From Terriglobia bacterium (lineage in GTDB: Bacteria; Acidobacteriota; Terriglobia; 2-12-FULL-54-10): a stretch of DNA of 64,000 bases. Under the pieces are notes generated by a model, which was not told where the DNA came from, did no database searches, and saw only the letters and a program-made list of their open reading frames with translations. Of the stretch, positions 51,092 through 61,162 are shown piece after piece. The first letter of the stretch is position 1, and every line of letters begins with the position of its first letter. Both the position numbers and the translations under genes were made by a program. The DNA lies in assembly GCA_963666975.2 (NCBI GenBank), contig CAXVYR010000004.1:192001-256000 (forward strand), written 5' to 3'.

Positions 51092-51549
51092 TGTTTGGCC
51101 TCCTAACTTTAGGGAAATCTGGGTAGCCTATTTTAGGCCCGATTGAAATCAAGGTGGCCTTTTCTTTAAGATGTTGCCAATTCGCAGGCGTGTTACGTAA
51201 GACGCGCAAGAATCTGGCTGCTTTGTCCCGATGCAGTAGCTTTACTGCGAATTATGGATTTAAACTTCTCTCGGCTCAAGATTGTACGCCAGTAACTCTG
51301 TCAGTTCGGGGAAAATCTGGGAGTGTGATGCAACCCTGATGTCCCGGCTCCTGAACTGGATATAGGAGGAGGGCTGGTGTATGATGTGCGGAAGATGACT
51401 GGAACATGGAAATTCCGATTGGGTATTTGCCGGATGTCATTAAATTGCTGGTCTGACGAGTTCCACAGGACTGCGGAAGTTCCTGCCTAGATTCCGGAAT
51501 GCTGTGGCATTGGAGAATCCGGAACTTGGCTCCGTGGAGGGAGGCTAGG

Positions 51550-53148
51550 ATGTTACGAGAGAGTTTGTATGACGTAATTATTGTCGGAGCTGGATTTGCT
51601 GGTTCGATCGTTGCCGCCAAAATCGCCCAGAAGGGGGTGAATCCCAGCAACGGCGAGCGGCTGAAGGTTGCGCTGATCGAAGGGGGGCATTACTTCAAAG
51701 GAAGACCCCAATGGGGCTACGGAACCCCTTTGAGACGTCAAATGTTTACTCACATCCCTCAGGATATGATGCAAGGGGATCGATCCAGCCGGTACGCGGA
51801 TGGACAGAGGTTTAAGGGGGTCGGGGGTGGGTCCCTCATGTGGGGCGCGAAGGGACATCCTCCGCACGACAACGATTACGAGTGGTGGGCGCGGGAGACG
51901 GGCGTCGACTGGACCAAAGAGAATATGGCAGGAGCGGTGCAAGAGGTTCTGCGAATGTTTTATTCGCACACGGTTCCCGACGAACTATTATCGGAATACC
52001 ATTTCCGCTTTCGGGATGTGGTCCACTCGTTGGGATACAAAACGGAGAAGATGCTGATTCACAAGAGAAACTGCATCATGTGCGGCACCCACGTGGAATC
52101 TCAACCGCAGTGCCGTTACGACGCCAAGGTCAGTACGCTGCTGACGCATATCCCGATTGCAGAAGACAACGGCGCCGAGATTGTGCCGGATACGAAGGTG
52201 GAGCAGGTCGTTGTCGAAAAGAAGGGCAGCCAGTGGACGGCAACGGGTGTGTGGTACAGAGAAGCCGGAGCCTCTCCGCAAAAGGTCGAAGCAAAGAACG
52301 TGATTCTGGCGGGTTCGGATGGAAATTCCTTGCTGCTGTATGCCTCCGGCTATGGGCCGAAGGATCTCTTGGGGGACAAGCTGCTCGTCGAGAATCCCAA
52401 TGTGGGAGCCAATGTGGATGGACATCCATGGTCCACGATGCTTCCCGTCAGCGCCCGCTTTGAGGACCTGATCGTGCATGAACCGCGGGACGGCAACTTC
52501 GGGTTTTGGTTTCTGGATGACAGTGACAGCACGGGCGCCGACCGTTTGTTCATCTTGAGCGGGGCGGATACGACGGACCACGCTCTGTTCGCCGGAGCAC
52601 ATTCGTACGCTCAAAGCCAATGGGCTCCGGAATTCGGGCACAAACACAAGGATTGGATGCGAAACAACTGGAAAGGATGGCGACACATGTTGGGCAATCC
52701 TTTCTACTTTGGCCCTGCTGTAGCCTACTCGCATTGGTCAGCCCCGAAAGGGCGCATGCTTCCTAACGGAAGGCTCGAATTTGACACGGAACACCCCCTG
52801 CTCAAAAAGCGGGAAAGAGAATGCGTAGAGCTGCTGCGGGCTATTCTCGAAAAAATAGGGGCAGCGGAGATACGGGACGATACTGCGCAGCCGTGGGTGA
52901 AAATCGGCGCAACGATCATTCACGAAACAGGTGCTTGCCGGGCGGGAACAGACCCGAAGAACTCTGTCATTAACCCCAACTTCGAGTGCCACGACATCGA
53001 TAACCTATTCGTCGTGGATTCAACCTCCCACCCGCGAGTCACGAGTCTGTGGAGCGGTGGGACAGTGGCGGCTGTAGTGGGAACGTTCGCTGCGGATCGC
53101 ATCATAGCCAACCATTTCCGGCGAAGCCGGATCAGCCAGGATATGTAG
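51550..53148 (+). CDS. GMC-family FAD oxidoreductase (dehydrogenase flavoprotein subunit)
   Basis: YDVIIVGAGFAGS, LIEGG, GVGGGSLMWG, CIMCG..C.YDAK, HETGACRAG, DNLFVVDSTSHP. Confidence 0.88.
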   Translation: MLRESLYDVIIVGAGFAGSIVAAKIAQKGVNPSNGERLKVALIEGGHYFKGRPQWGYGTPLRRQMFTHIPQDMMQGDRSSRYADGQRFKGVGGGSLMWGAKGHPPHDNDYEWWARETGVDWTKENMAGAVQEVLRMFYSHTVPDELLSEYHFRFRDVVHSLGYKTEKMLIHKRNCIMCGTHVESQPQCRYDAKVSTLLTHIPIAEDNGAEIVPDTKVEQVVVEKKGSQWTATGVWYREAGASPQKVEAKNVILAGSDGNSLLLYASGYGPKDLLGDKLLVENPNVGANVDGHPWSTMLPVSARFEDLIVHEPRDGNFGFWFLDDSDSTGADRLFILSGADTTDHALFAGAHSYAQSQWAPEFGHKHKDWMRNNWKGWRHMLGNPFYFGPAVAYSHWSAPKGRMLPNGRLEFDTEHPLLKKRERECVELLRAILEKIGAAEIRDDTAQPWVKIGATIIHETGACRAGTDPKNSVINPNFECHDIDNLFVVDSTSHPRVTSLWSGGTVAAVVGTFAADRIIANHFRRSRISQDM

Positions 53149-53199
53149 CTGATCGGCTGAATCCGGATCTTGGACTTCCACGAACGAAGGAGCATACAA

Positions 53200-53853
53200 A
53201 TGAGCCGTAAAGATGTTTCGAGAAGAGCCTTTTTGAAAACAAGCGCCTTAAGCAGCGCCGCGCTGGCTGGTGGGAGCGCAATAGCGGTCGCCCAAACCCC
53301 TGCAGGTGCAGAACTATCCGCGGACCGCTATGCCATCGTTGCTGCTCTGGGCGACACCCTGGTTCCTTCCACACCTGATCCCGGCTATAAGAGCTTGGAA
53401 CCTTACAATATCACCGCTGAGGCACTGAAGGGCCTGACCATCTTACGGGATGCTGAGTTGCAAGACTTTAATGAAGGGAGTCGCCCCTATTTTGGAGGGA
53501 AGTTATTCGTTCAGCTCAGTGAGGTCGAGCGAGAGCAGTATCTCAATACGATTATAGAGGGCAGTCCAATCAAAGACGCCAGGCTGCTCCGGACCTTGCA
53601 GAAAGTTTATCGGTTGACCCGGAACCGGATTTTCACCGTGTACTACAGTAATTATCCGGAGCACGTGGTCCCGCGCGACGAAAACGATGTCCCCATACTT
53701 CCACCGGGAGATCAACACCAAATAACAAACCCCAATAGCAAGCGCATAACGACTGGGTGGGACATAGCCGGTTATGAGCCACAGCTAAGCTGGGAACACG
53801 AAGAAGAAAGGAGAGCGAGGGCCAAGAAGCTGGGGATGTGGGACGGTGAGTGA
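53200..53853 (+). CDS. Tat-signal gluconate-2-dehydrogenase subunit 3-like small subunit
   Basis: SRRAFLK twin-arginine motif; ALGDTLVP..PG; FVQLSEVEREQYL; YYSN..GWDIAGY; directly after the GMC gene. Confidence 0.75.
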   Translation: MSRKDVSRRAFLKTSALSSAALAGGSAIAVAQTPAGAELSADRYAIVAALGDTLVPSTPDPGYKSLEPYNITAEALKGLTILRDAELQDFNEGSRPYFGGKLFVQLSEVEREQYLNTIIEGSPIKDARLLRTLQKVYRLTRNRIFTVYYSNYPEHVVPRDENDVPILPPGDQHQITNPNSKRITTGWDIAGYEPQLSWEHEEERRARAKKLGMWDGE

Positions 53854-54010
53854 TCGAACACTGGCCGGGTGCTTGTTGCGGAATGCAATTGACGGTGCTG
53901 TCTTTACTCCGCTGTGACCCGGCTGGGAAACCAAGGATCGAATCAGTATCCACTGCTTGCTGAGCAGGCAGTAACGGCGGATCCGAAGAGGCAGGGCGAA
54001 AGGGTGCGTT

Positions 54011-54607
54011 ATGTTTTCCAGGAAAGTTTGGGATTGTCTCTTGGTTTTGCTGCTTCTTTCGATGTTGCTTGTTTCCCCCAGAAGCTATGGCGAAAGTCGC
54101 ATCGCATCGCTTTCCACTCAAAGGGATTCATATCTGCCTCCGGGAGAAGGCAAAGAACTGCTCAAGGTTTTGTGTAGTTCTTGTCATGATATAGCCAGAG
54201 TAATTACCCAGAGGAGGGACAGTGAAACATGGAAACGAACCGTTGACGAAATGCTGGCTGGTTGGGATCCCCGTTATTCAGAATATCTTGGAGATGACGT
54301 GGAAGCCTTATCGAGATATTTAGCGCTGTATTTTGGTCCCCTCATTCCTTCCCATGAAACCCTCCAAAGGGACGCTAAGCTTCGAGAGAAATACTTGAGA
54401 GGAGAAATACAATCTCTCATTAATATCAATACCGCTTCGCTCGCTGAGTTGACAAAGCTCCCGGGCATCAGTAAACACACGGCAGAAATGATTATTCAGT
54501 ATCGGAAAACACAAGGCTCATTCAAATCGAGTGAGGATCTGAGAACACTAATGGGAATCGGCGAACCGGAGTTTGAGAAGCTGAGCTTGCTCATCACAGT
54601 GGATTAG
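54011..54607 (+). CDS. Secreted monoheme cytochrome c fused to a ComEA-type helix-hairpin-helix domain
   Basis: Signal peptide; LPPGEGKELL..CSSCH..WKRTVDEM; ININTASLAELTKLPGISKHTAEMIIQYRKTQGSFKSSEDL..MGIG. Confidence 0.88.
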   Translation: MFSRKVWDCLLVLLLLSMLLVSPRSYGESRIASLSTQRDSYLPPGEGKELLKVLCSSCHDIARVITQRRDSETWKRTVDEMLAGWDPRYSEYLGDDVEALSRYLALYFGPLIPSHETLQRDAKLREKYLRGEIQSLININTASLAELTKLPGISKHTAEMIIQYRKTQGSFKSSEDLRTLMGIGEPEFEKLSLLITVD

Positions 54608-54780
54608 GTTCTTTTTCTCGGTTGCCAGGAGAGAGGCCGCTGGGGGAATCCACCGGCTCCAAATAGAGACCAAACAGAGCACGGCGAATTACGGGAATTA
54701 AGGGCGAAATTCGGGAATATCGAAACGGAGCCCCAATAGCCGTTCCGTCGAAGCTGCTTTCCTATACAAGGAGGTTGATC

Positions 54781-56715
54781 ATGTCAGCAAGGTTTGTGGT
54801 CGCTTTGTTTCTCATCATACTTTTTCCGACCAGCCTGTTTTCACAGGCGCAGGTTCCTCCGGAGCTGGTGAGCTACCCGGAAATCATACTGTTCAACGGC
54901 AAGATCGCGACGTTCGATGGGCCTCTTATGAATGAGGAGATCGTCTTCTATCAAGCGATTGCAATTCGGGACGGCAAGGTTCTGTCGGCGGGAAGGGATG
55001 AGGAAGTTCTCCGACTGAAGGGGTCGCAGACGTCGGTCATGGACCTGAAGGGCAAAACCGTCTTGCCGGGTTTTGTGGACAACCACAACCATCCTCATGA
55101 GTGGGTTCATTACTTCCGGTATGACACTTTCTTCCCCAACGTCAAACTCATCTTTGTACCTGGCCCGGATGACGAGATCCGAGAAAACCGCCCGGATATG
55201 TTCTATGGGTGGGGACCGGTGCTGGAGAACCCTCCGGCAGAAATCGCTCAGAGCCTGGAAGCCCGGTTGAAAAATGCGGCGGCGGAACTGGGGCCTGGAA
55301 AAGACAAATGGATCCTCGCCACTGTGACCCGCCAAGGCAAGAATCTCATTGGGGAAGTCATCAATAAGGATTGGCTGGATCGAGTTGTGCCGGATAATTC
55401 CGTCCTGGTCGTTGCGGATTTTATCCCGAATCCGATCACGATGAATACAACGGGACTGGCGGCCATTCGTGAAAGCGATCCAGACCCCTACATGGCGGCT
55501 TTGTTTGAAGATCTGGAACAAAATGGCAGCAACCCATCCTGGGCTGTAACCATGCGTCTCTACGCGGGAATCCAAGCCATTGGTGCTCGGAACTTCGAGG
55601 CTTTCCAGCAAAGCCTGAAGTATGTCATGCTGGAAATCGCCCGATATGGCGCTACCAGCATCGCCGGAAGAGTTGATTATCCAACCGACCTTTCCGCGCA
55701 CGCCGAACTGGCCAGAACGGGAGCAGCACCGCTCCGGTACGGGTGGTCCCACCACTTGATGCGGCGGTTGCTGGGCACCGACGAGGCTCCTCGCGCCTTT
55801 TCTCTGGTGGGCGACTTCAACAATATTGGCAACGAGCTGTTCTGGAATATCGGAGTCGGCGCAGAAGGCCCTCCGGACTTGCCCTTTGCCCAGGTCTTCT
55901 GCACGTCGGCCCGCTTTCGGGAAGAATCCAACCACGCATTTTCTCCTTACTGCGGCCTGGAACCGGGTACTCAGATGAGAGAAGGCATTGTCCGGATGGT
56001 CGCGAACCGCGTCAGGGTCTCCGGAATACACGGTTCCGCGGACATGACCGTCGATTACCTCATGGAAGCGGTGCTCGAAGGAATGAAGATCGGGAATCTG
56101 ACCATGGAAGAGGTGAGAAAGTTGAGAATCACTTTTGATCATGTGATCCTTGCCAGACCCGATCAAATTGAGAAGGTGAAATACTTTGGCATGATCCCTG
56201 CCGTGACACCCCTCTACATCTATCAGGGGGAACAGATTCTTGAAATGTTTGGTCCGGAGTCGGAAGAATGGTTGTTCTTGATCAATAGCTTCGTCAAGAA
56301 CGGTATTCCGGTAACGGTTAATCTGGACCGGATACCCACGCCCGATCATCCATATTTTGAAGAGGTCGAATTATTAGTTACCAGGAACTTTCGCGGGAAA
56401 GTATACAACGCGAAGGAGGCAGTAGACAGGACAACAGCGCTGAAGACAGTGACAACGTGGGGCGCCAGGTACTTGATGCGCGAGGCCGTGATTGGCAACC
56501 TCAAACCCGGCTACTTTGCGGATTTGATGGTTCTGGACAAGGATTACTTTTCTGTTCCAGAGAATCAGATTCACGATATCAAAGTACTGATGACCATACT
56601 GGGAGGCAGGATCACCTGGGTCGAGAAGAGCTTTGAGACCGGACTTTTAGAAAGCTATGAGAAGCTCCTACACCCGACATTCATTGAGTTTAAGGAGCAA
56701 CTCCAAGGCCCCTGA
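54781..56715 (+). CDS. Secreted Amidohydro_3 (YtcJ-like) hydrolase, close paralog of 10591-12540
   Basis: AGGAGG RBS; signal peptide; FVDNHNH, IHGSAD, ITFDH, NLD; alignable end to end with the 10.6-kb gene. Confidence 0.88.
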   Translation: MSARFVVALFLIILFPTSLFSQAQVPPELVSYPEIILFNGKIATFDGPLMNEEIVFYQAIAIRDGKVLSAGRDEEVLRLKGSQTSVMDLKGKTVLPGFVDNHNHPHEWVHYFRYDTFFPNVKLIFVPGPDDEIRENRPDMFYGWGPVLENPPAEIAQSLEARLKNAAAELGPGKDKWILATVTRQGKNLIGEVINKDWLDRVVPDNSVLVVADFIPNPITMNTTGLAAIRESDPDPYMAALFEDLEQNGSNPSWAVTMRLYAGIQAIGARNFEAFQQSLKYVMLEIARYGATSIAGRVDYPTDLSAHAELARTGAAPLRYGWSHHLMRRLLGTDEAPRAFSLVGDFNNIGNELFWNIGVGAEGPPDLPFAQVFCTSARFREESNHAFSPYCGLEPGTQMREGIVRMVANRVRVSGIHGSADMTVDYLMEAVLEGMKIGNLTMEEVRKLRITFDHVILARPDQIEKVKYFGMIPAVTPLYIYQGEQILEMFGPESEEWLFLINSFVKNGIPVTVNLDRIPTPDHPYFEEVELLVTRNFRGKVYNAKEAVDRTTALKTVTTWGARYLMREAVIGNLKPGYFADLMVLDKDYFSVPENQIHDIKVLMTILGGRITWVEKSFETGLLESYEKLLHPTFIEFKEQLQGP

Positions 56716-56801
56716 ATGGATTGGGATTCAGCGGGGGCTATGGCTGTCGAGTCCTTGCATGACGTCTAACATTTCGCTTGGACCATGAATTGTCTTTCCT
56801 C

Positions 56802-58277
56802 CTAGGTGATTGTCACTATTGCTTCTGCTCGCTTTTCTTCCTCCACTGAAGGCGGCCTCCCCAGGCTGCCGATCACGAAAATCCCCGTTCCGGCCACCAG
56901 ACCCAGCAGGCCAGGAGAAAGGCCTCCCAGCAGAGGCGCGTCCAGAGCCCAGTTCGTGAGGGAAAAGACCGCCGTGCCGACAACCATGCTTGCCAGCGCT
57001 CCTGTCCTGTTTGCTCGCTTCCAGTAAAGCCCGCCGACAAATGCCGGCGCCAGTTGCATTGTGCCGGCAAAGGAGTCGATGGCAAGCTCTACAATCAACT
57101 GGGGGGGACGGATGCTCAGTAAAATCGCGATACCCGCCGCCAGCATTACAGCCAATCGTCCTACCCATAATTGGGCCGCATCGCTCGGCCGCCAATCGCG
57201 CCGCATGTTCAAGTACAGGTCTTTTGCCACCAGCGATCCTAAAGCCAGCAATTGCCCGCTCACTGTGGACATCGACGCCGCCACAACACCGCAGATCACC
57301 AAACCAGTCAAAGCTGCTGAAACATGACTGCTCAGGATCTGACCCAGGACCATATCGCCGGAGGCCAGGTTCGGGAAGACGGCGGCGGCGCCCAGGCCAA
57401 GGATCATCGCCGGGATCAACATCAGGAAGGCATAGACCGGTGTGGCTGCCATCATGAACCGCATGGATTGCACCGAGCGCGGGATGAAGAACCGTGTGGA
57501 CATCTGCGGCTGGGTGATGGGAATGCAGATAATCATAAAAAAGTAAGAAATCATGATTGGATAAGTGAAATAGTTCTGCGGGCCCGGAACCGAAAGCAAG
57601 GCCGGTTCGGTTTGCTCCACGGTCCGGAACATCGCTTCCGGGCTGCTCCAGTTGGCAAAGAGGAAGACGAGGGCAACCGTGAAACTCATGACGAACAGAA
57701 GCACTCCCTGGACGGCGTCGTTCCAGACAACCGCTCGCATCCCACCCATGCTCGTGTAGACCAGTACGATGGCTAGGAACACCAACGAGGCGGGGAGATA
57801 GGGAAGTTCTCCCCCGGTGGTTGTTTCGACGATTTTCCCGATGCCGACAACCTGCGTCGCCACGTACGGCAGTAGAAATACAAAACTGATCAGGACGCCG
57901 ACAACCATCACGGAGTTACTGATGTAGCGATACCGTAGGAACTCGGTCGGCGTGACAAAATTGAACTTTTTCCCCAGCAGCCAGAATTTCCGGCCAAAGT
58001 AGTAAATCAGCACCGCCTGGAAGACGTCGGCAAACCCGATGAACGCCCACGAGCCGATGCCGTGAGTGTAGAAAAAGGCTGGCATGCCCACCAGGGCGAA
58101 AGCGCTGAAGAGGGTGGCACTGTAGGTGAGGAATGCGAGGACCGGTCCGATCTGTCGGTCCGCAACGAAATAGCCGGTTAGGCCTCGGCTCCTTTTCCAA
58201 CCCACATAACCGAAATACAAGAAGACAGCCATGAAGGCGCCCAGCTCCAGGAGGAGAATCCCTGTCTTCTGATTCAA
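56802..58277 (-). CDS. Sodium:solute symporter family protein (PanF/PutP-like)
   Basis: YFVADRQIGP, ATLFSAFALVG, TPTEFLRYRY, GGMRAVVWNDAVQG, AASMST, GLYWKRAN; many TM helices. Confidence 0.92.
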   Translation of the reverse strand: MNQKTGILLLELGAFMAVFLYFGYVGWKRSRGLTGYFVADRQIGPVLAFLTYSATLFSAFALVGMPAFFYTHGIGSWAFIGFADVFQAVLIYYFGRKFWLLGKKFNFVTPTEFLRYRYISNSVMVVGVLISFVFLLPYVATQVVGIGKIVETTTGGELPYLPASLVFLAIVLVYTSMGGMRAVVWNDAVQGVLLFVMSFTVALVFLFANWSSPEAMFRTVEQTEPALLSVPGPQNYFTYPIMISYFFMIICIPITQPQMSTRFFIPRSVQSMRFMMAATPVYAFLMLIPAMILGLGAAAVFPNLASGDMVLGQILSSHVSAALTGLVICGVVAASMSTVSGQLLALGSLVAKDLYLNMRRDWRPSDAAQLWVGRLAVMLAAGIAILLSIRPPQLIVELAIDSFAGTMQLAPAFVGGLYWKRANRTGALASMVVGTAVFSLTNWALDAPLLGGLSPGLLGLVAGTGIFVIGSLGRPPSVEEEKRAEAIVTIT

Positions 58278-58391
58278 TTTCGATCCCCTTCTTCGCCCGT
58301 TTCCGCCCCGTAAACACTACGAACAGCAAAATGCTCAACCGCGAGGGAAGGGAATGCAGCGGCCCGCTTCCCTTCGACGCTCACGCTTCGC

Positions 58392-60035
58392 CTACGCGCC
58401 TTCCCGAATACGCTGAGCAACATCGGCCCGCAAGGCGAACTTCTGTATCTTGCCACTCAGTGTCCGCGGTAACTCGCCATACAATTCCACGCGCTCCGGC
58501 CAAAACGGTCGCGCCACTTTCTGGCCAGCCAGGAACTCTCTCATTTCAGTCAGGTCCAGGTGTTGCTTGTGTCGTGGAACAATACACGCACAGGCCTTCT
58601 CTCCTAATCGATTATCAGCCATCGCCACAATTGCTACGTCGAGAATTCCCGGGTGCAGAAAGAGGATATCCTCAATCTCTTTGACCGGAACGTTTTCGCC
58701 GCCGCGCACGATGATGTCCTTCATCCTCCCGGTTATCCGGAGGTAGCCATCTTTGTCCAGATAGGCGAGGTCGCCGGTATCAAACCACCCGTCTTCCCGG
58801 AAAAAGCGGTTCGTGAACTCACGGCCCTGGATGTATCCGACGAAGTTGAACGGCCCTCGGGCCAGCAGCACGCCTTCCTGCCCGGGTGGCAGGTCACGCC
58901 CCTCCCCGTCCACAATTTTAAGTTCTACTTCAGGTTGCGGGGAGCCATCTGTGGACACGACCTTTTCAAGCGGCGAGAATTCATCGGTCCCCGTACAGAC
59001 GCCCATCTCCGTCATTCCCCACAGCGGGCACAGCCGCCCTGGGAGTCGGTTCACCACCTCCGCCGCCAATGAAGGAGGGATGTTCGCTCCACCACACTGG
59101 CTAAGACGAAGGGAGCTGAGATCGTGCGATGCCAGATCCGGCACGTTGAGCAGATCAACGAACATAGCCGTCGAACCACTCGTATATGTCACCCGCTCGG
59201 CTTCGAAAAGGCGAACGGCCTCCGACGCATCCCACACATCCTGATACACAGCGGTCCCGCCGACTTGTAACGGCATGCGGACGCCCCAGTAGTAGCCCAC
59301 GCCATGTCCAACGGTCGATGCCATGTGCACGACCTCGTCTGAACGAAGCTTCTGCCGACGAATCGACGAATTCACCATTGCGATGAGCGTATTATGTGTT
59401 TGCATGACCCCCTTAGGCTCGCCCGTCGTCCCGGAAGTGAACGCCAGCATCACGACTGCGTTCGGATCCGGCTGCAAAAACTCGAGACATCGCTTGTCGA
59501 GCTTTCTTTCCCGGGCGGCGTCTACGAAGTCAACCCAGCGGATGCAGCCCTCCGGCACGGCCCCGCCGACAACGATTACGTGGTCAAGATCAGGACTTCC
59601 TGACCGCAACTTCAATGCCATACCGGCGTGATCAAACTCTTTGAACGCATCCGGTACGATCAAGGCCCGCGACCGGGCGACAGAAAGCATTCCTGACACT
59701 TCCCGCTCACGCATTAATGGAGATATCGGGTTGATTACGCCGCCGATTCGCTCCAGGGCCAGTGCGATAATTGGGAATTCGTTCCAGTTGGGCAGCTGGA
59801 CGCTCACCACATCGCCTGGTCGAATACCCATCTCGAGAAAACCCAGCGCGACGCGGTCTGATAAGTCAACCAGCTGACGGTACGAGTACCGCGATTTACG
59901 ATCCGCTACGGCAATCTTTTCTGGAGTATTCATGGCATGCTGCAGGAAGTAATCATGGAGAACGAGGTTCTTCCAGTAACCGGATGCGCTGTATTTATCA
60001 ATAAGAGCGCGGGTGAGTCGGGTTTCTAGGAACAC
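58392..60035 (-). CDS. Acyl-CoA synthetase (cyclohexanecarboxylate-CoA ligase/FadK-like)
   Basis: FTSGTTGEPKG, WGMTE, GWFDTGDL, ITGRMKDIIVRGGEN, LPRTLSGKIQK. Confidence 0.9.
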   Translation of the reverse strand: MFLETRLTRALIDKYSASGYWKNLVLHDYFLQHAMNTPEKIAVADRKSRYSYRQLVDLSDRVALGFLEMGIRPGDVVSVQLPNWNEFPIIALALERIGGVINPISPLMREREVSGMLSVARSRALIVPDAFKEFDHAGMALKLRSGSPDLDHVIVVGGAVPEGCIRWVDFVDAARERKLDKRCLEFLQPDPNAVVMLAFTSGTTGEPKGVMQTHNTLIAMVNSSIRRQKLRSDEVVHMASTVGHGVGYYWGVRMPLQVGGTAVYQDVWDASEAVRLFEAERVTYTSGSTAMFVDLLNVPDLASHDLSSLRLSQCGGANIPPSLAAEVVNRLPGRLCPLWGMTEMGVCTGTDEFSPLEKVVSTDGSPQPEVELKIVDGEGRDLPPGQEGVLLARGPFNFVGYIQGREFTNRFFREDGWFDTGDLAYLDKDGYLRITGRMKDIIVRGGENVPVKEIEDILFLHPGILDVAIVAMADNRLGEKACACIVPRHKQHLDLTEMREFLAGQKVARPFWPERVELYGELPRTLSGKIQKFALRADVAQRIREGA

Positions 60036-60157
60036 GGGAGACCTCCTTCCATCTCGCCCTCAGAAACACGTACGATCATGGAATAGGTTTCGCGGAATTC
60101 CTTTTCGGGTGGCGAACCCAACAAATGCCAGGGAACCGCCGGCCGTGCAAAACGAAC

Positions 60158-61156
60158 TTAGCTGGAAGGTGTGTGCAGTCGCAGGCACCGGGCGGCGTTG
60201 CCCCCCATGATCAGTTGCATCTCCTCGTCGGTGAAGCTGATCCCGAGCTTCGCCGCACGCTCGGGCAGATCCTCGAACCAGCGGACGATCTTGGGGAGAA
60301 AAGCGCGACCTCTCACGCGGGCTCCCGAGACATGATCACTGCCGAACAGAAGCCGGTGTGGGCCCAGCCGATCCCTCGCCAAAGCCAGCCGTCGGAGAAA
60401 CAGCTCCTCTTCTTCCTCCGTGGTGTCATGGTAGATCCAGACGGACAGTTCCAAATAGGAATTGACGCCGTTCGCGGCGACCGTGACAGCCTCGTCCCAC
60501 CAGAGCTTTGCTCCCGCGTGCCCTAGCCATACGATCAGCCGAGGGAAGCGCGCTTGCACCTCCTGCACATATAGGGGATTCGCAAATCGGGGCGCCGTAA
60601 TCGCCAGAGATAGTTCGCCCGTGTGGAACAGAACGGGCAACTCCTCGGCTTCACAGAGTTCGTACAACGGGTAAGCGGCCTTGTCGTAGGGGTAAAATCC
60701 CATCGGTGGATAGAGCTTGAGACCCCGGACTCCGAGCTTGCGTATGGCCCACTCCAGCAACTCGGGAGCTTTCGGGCGACGCGGATCGATGCCCGCAAAC
60801 GCAATGAAACGCCCGGGGTATTTCGCCTGCAGGCCAGCGGCATGCTCCACAACTCTATCGGGCGGCACACTTCGTCCCTGGTCAAAGTCCGGGCCCCAGT
60901 CGATCGGCAGGATGACCGCCGTGTCTACGCCCGCGGCGTCCATGTCCGCCACCATACGACTGCCGTCTGGATCGGTCAAACCGGATTCGATCCTGGGCCG
61001 AACGACGGCAGGGTCACGATATGGAGGTCTGCTTCGGGCCCAACTGTACGCAACCCAGTCGAACCACTGTGCCGGCCAGAAGCCCTCGTCAAGAATGTGG
61101 ACGTGCGCGTCGATGATCAGGGAATTCTCCACTCCAGCAAAGCGTTGTCGCGGCAC
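60158..61156 (-). CDS. Amidohydro_2 family metal-dependent hydrolase/decarboxylase
   Basis: IIDAHVH, GLKLYP, PVLFHTG, LGHAG, LLFGSD, MGGNAAR. Confidence 0.88.
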   Translation of the reverse strand: MPRQRFAGVENSLIIDAHVHILDEGFWPAQWFDWVAYSWARSRPPYRDPAVVRPRIESGLTDPDGSRMVADMDAAGVDTAVILPIDWGPDFDQGRSVPPDRVVEHAAGLQAKYPGRFIAFAGIDPRRPKAPELLEWAIRKLGVRGLKLYPPMGFYPYDKAAYPLYELCEAEELPVLFHTGELSLAITAPRFANPLYVQEVQARFPRLIVWLGHAGAKLWWDEAVTVAANGVNSYLELSVWIYHDTTEEEEELFLRRLALARDRLGPHRLLFGSDHVSGARVRGRAFLPKIVRWFEDLPERAAKLGISFTDEEMQLIMGGNAARCLRLHTPSS

Positions 61157-61162
61157 TGGCTT

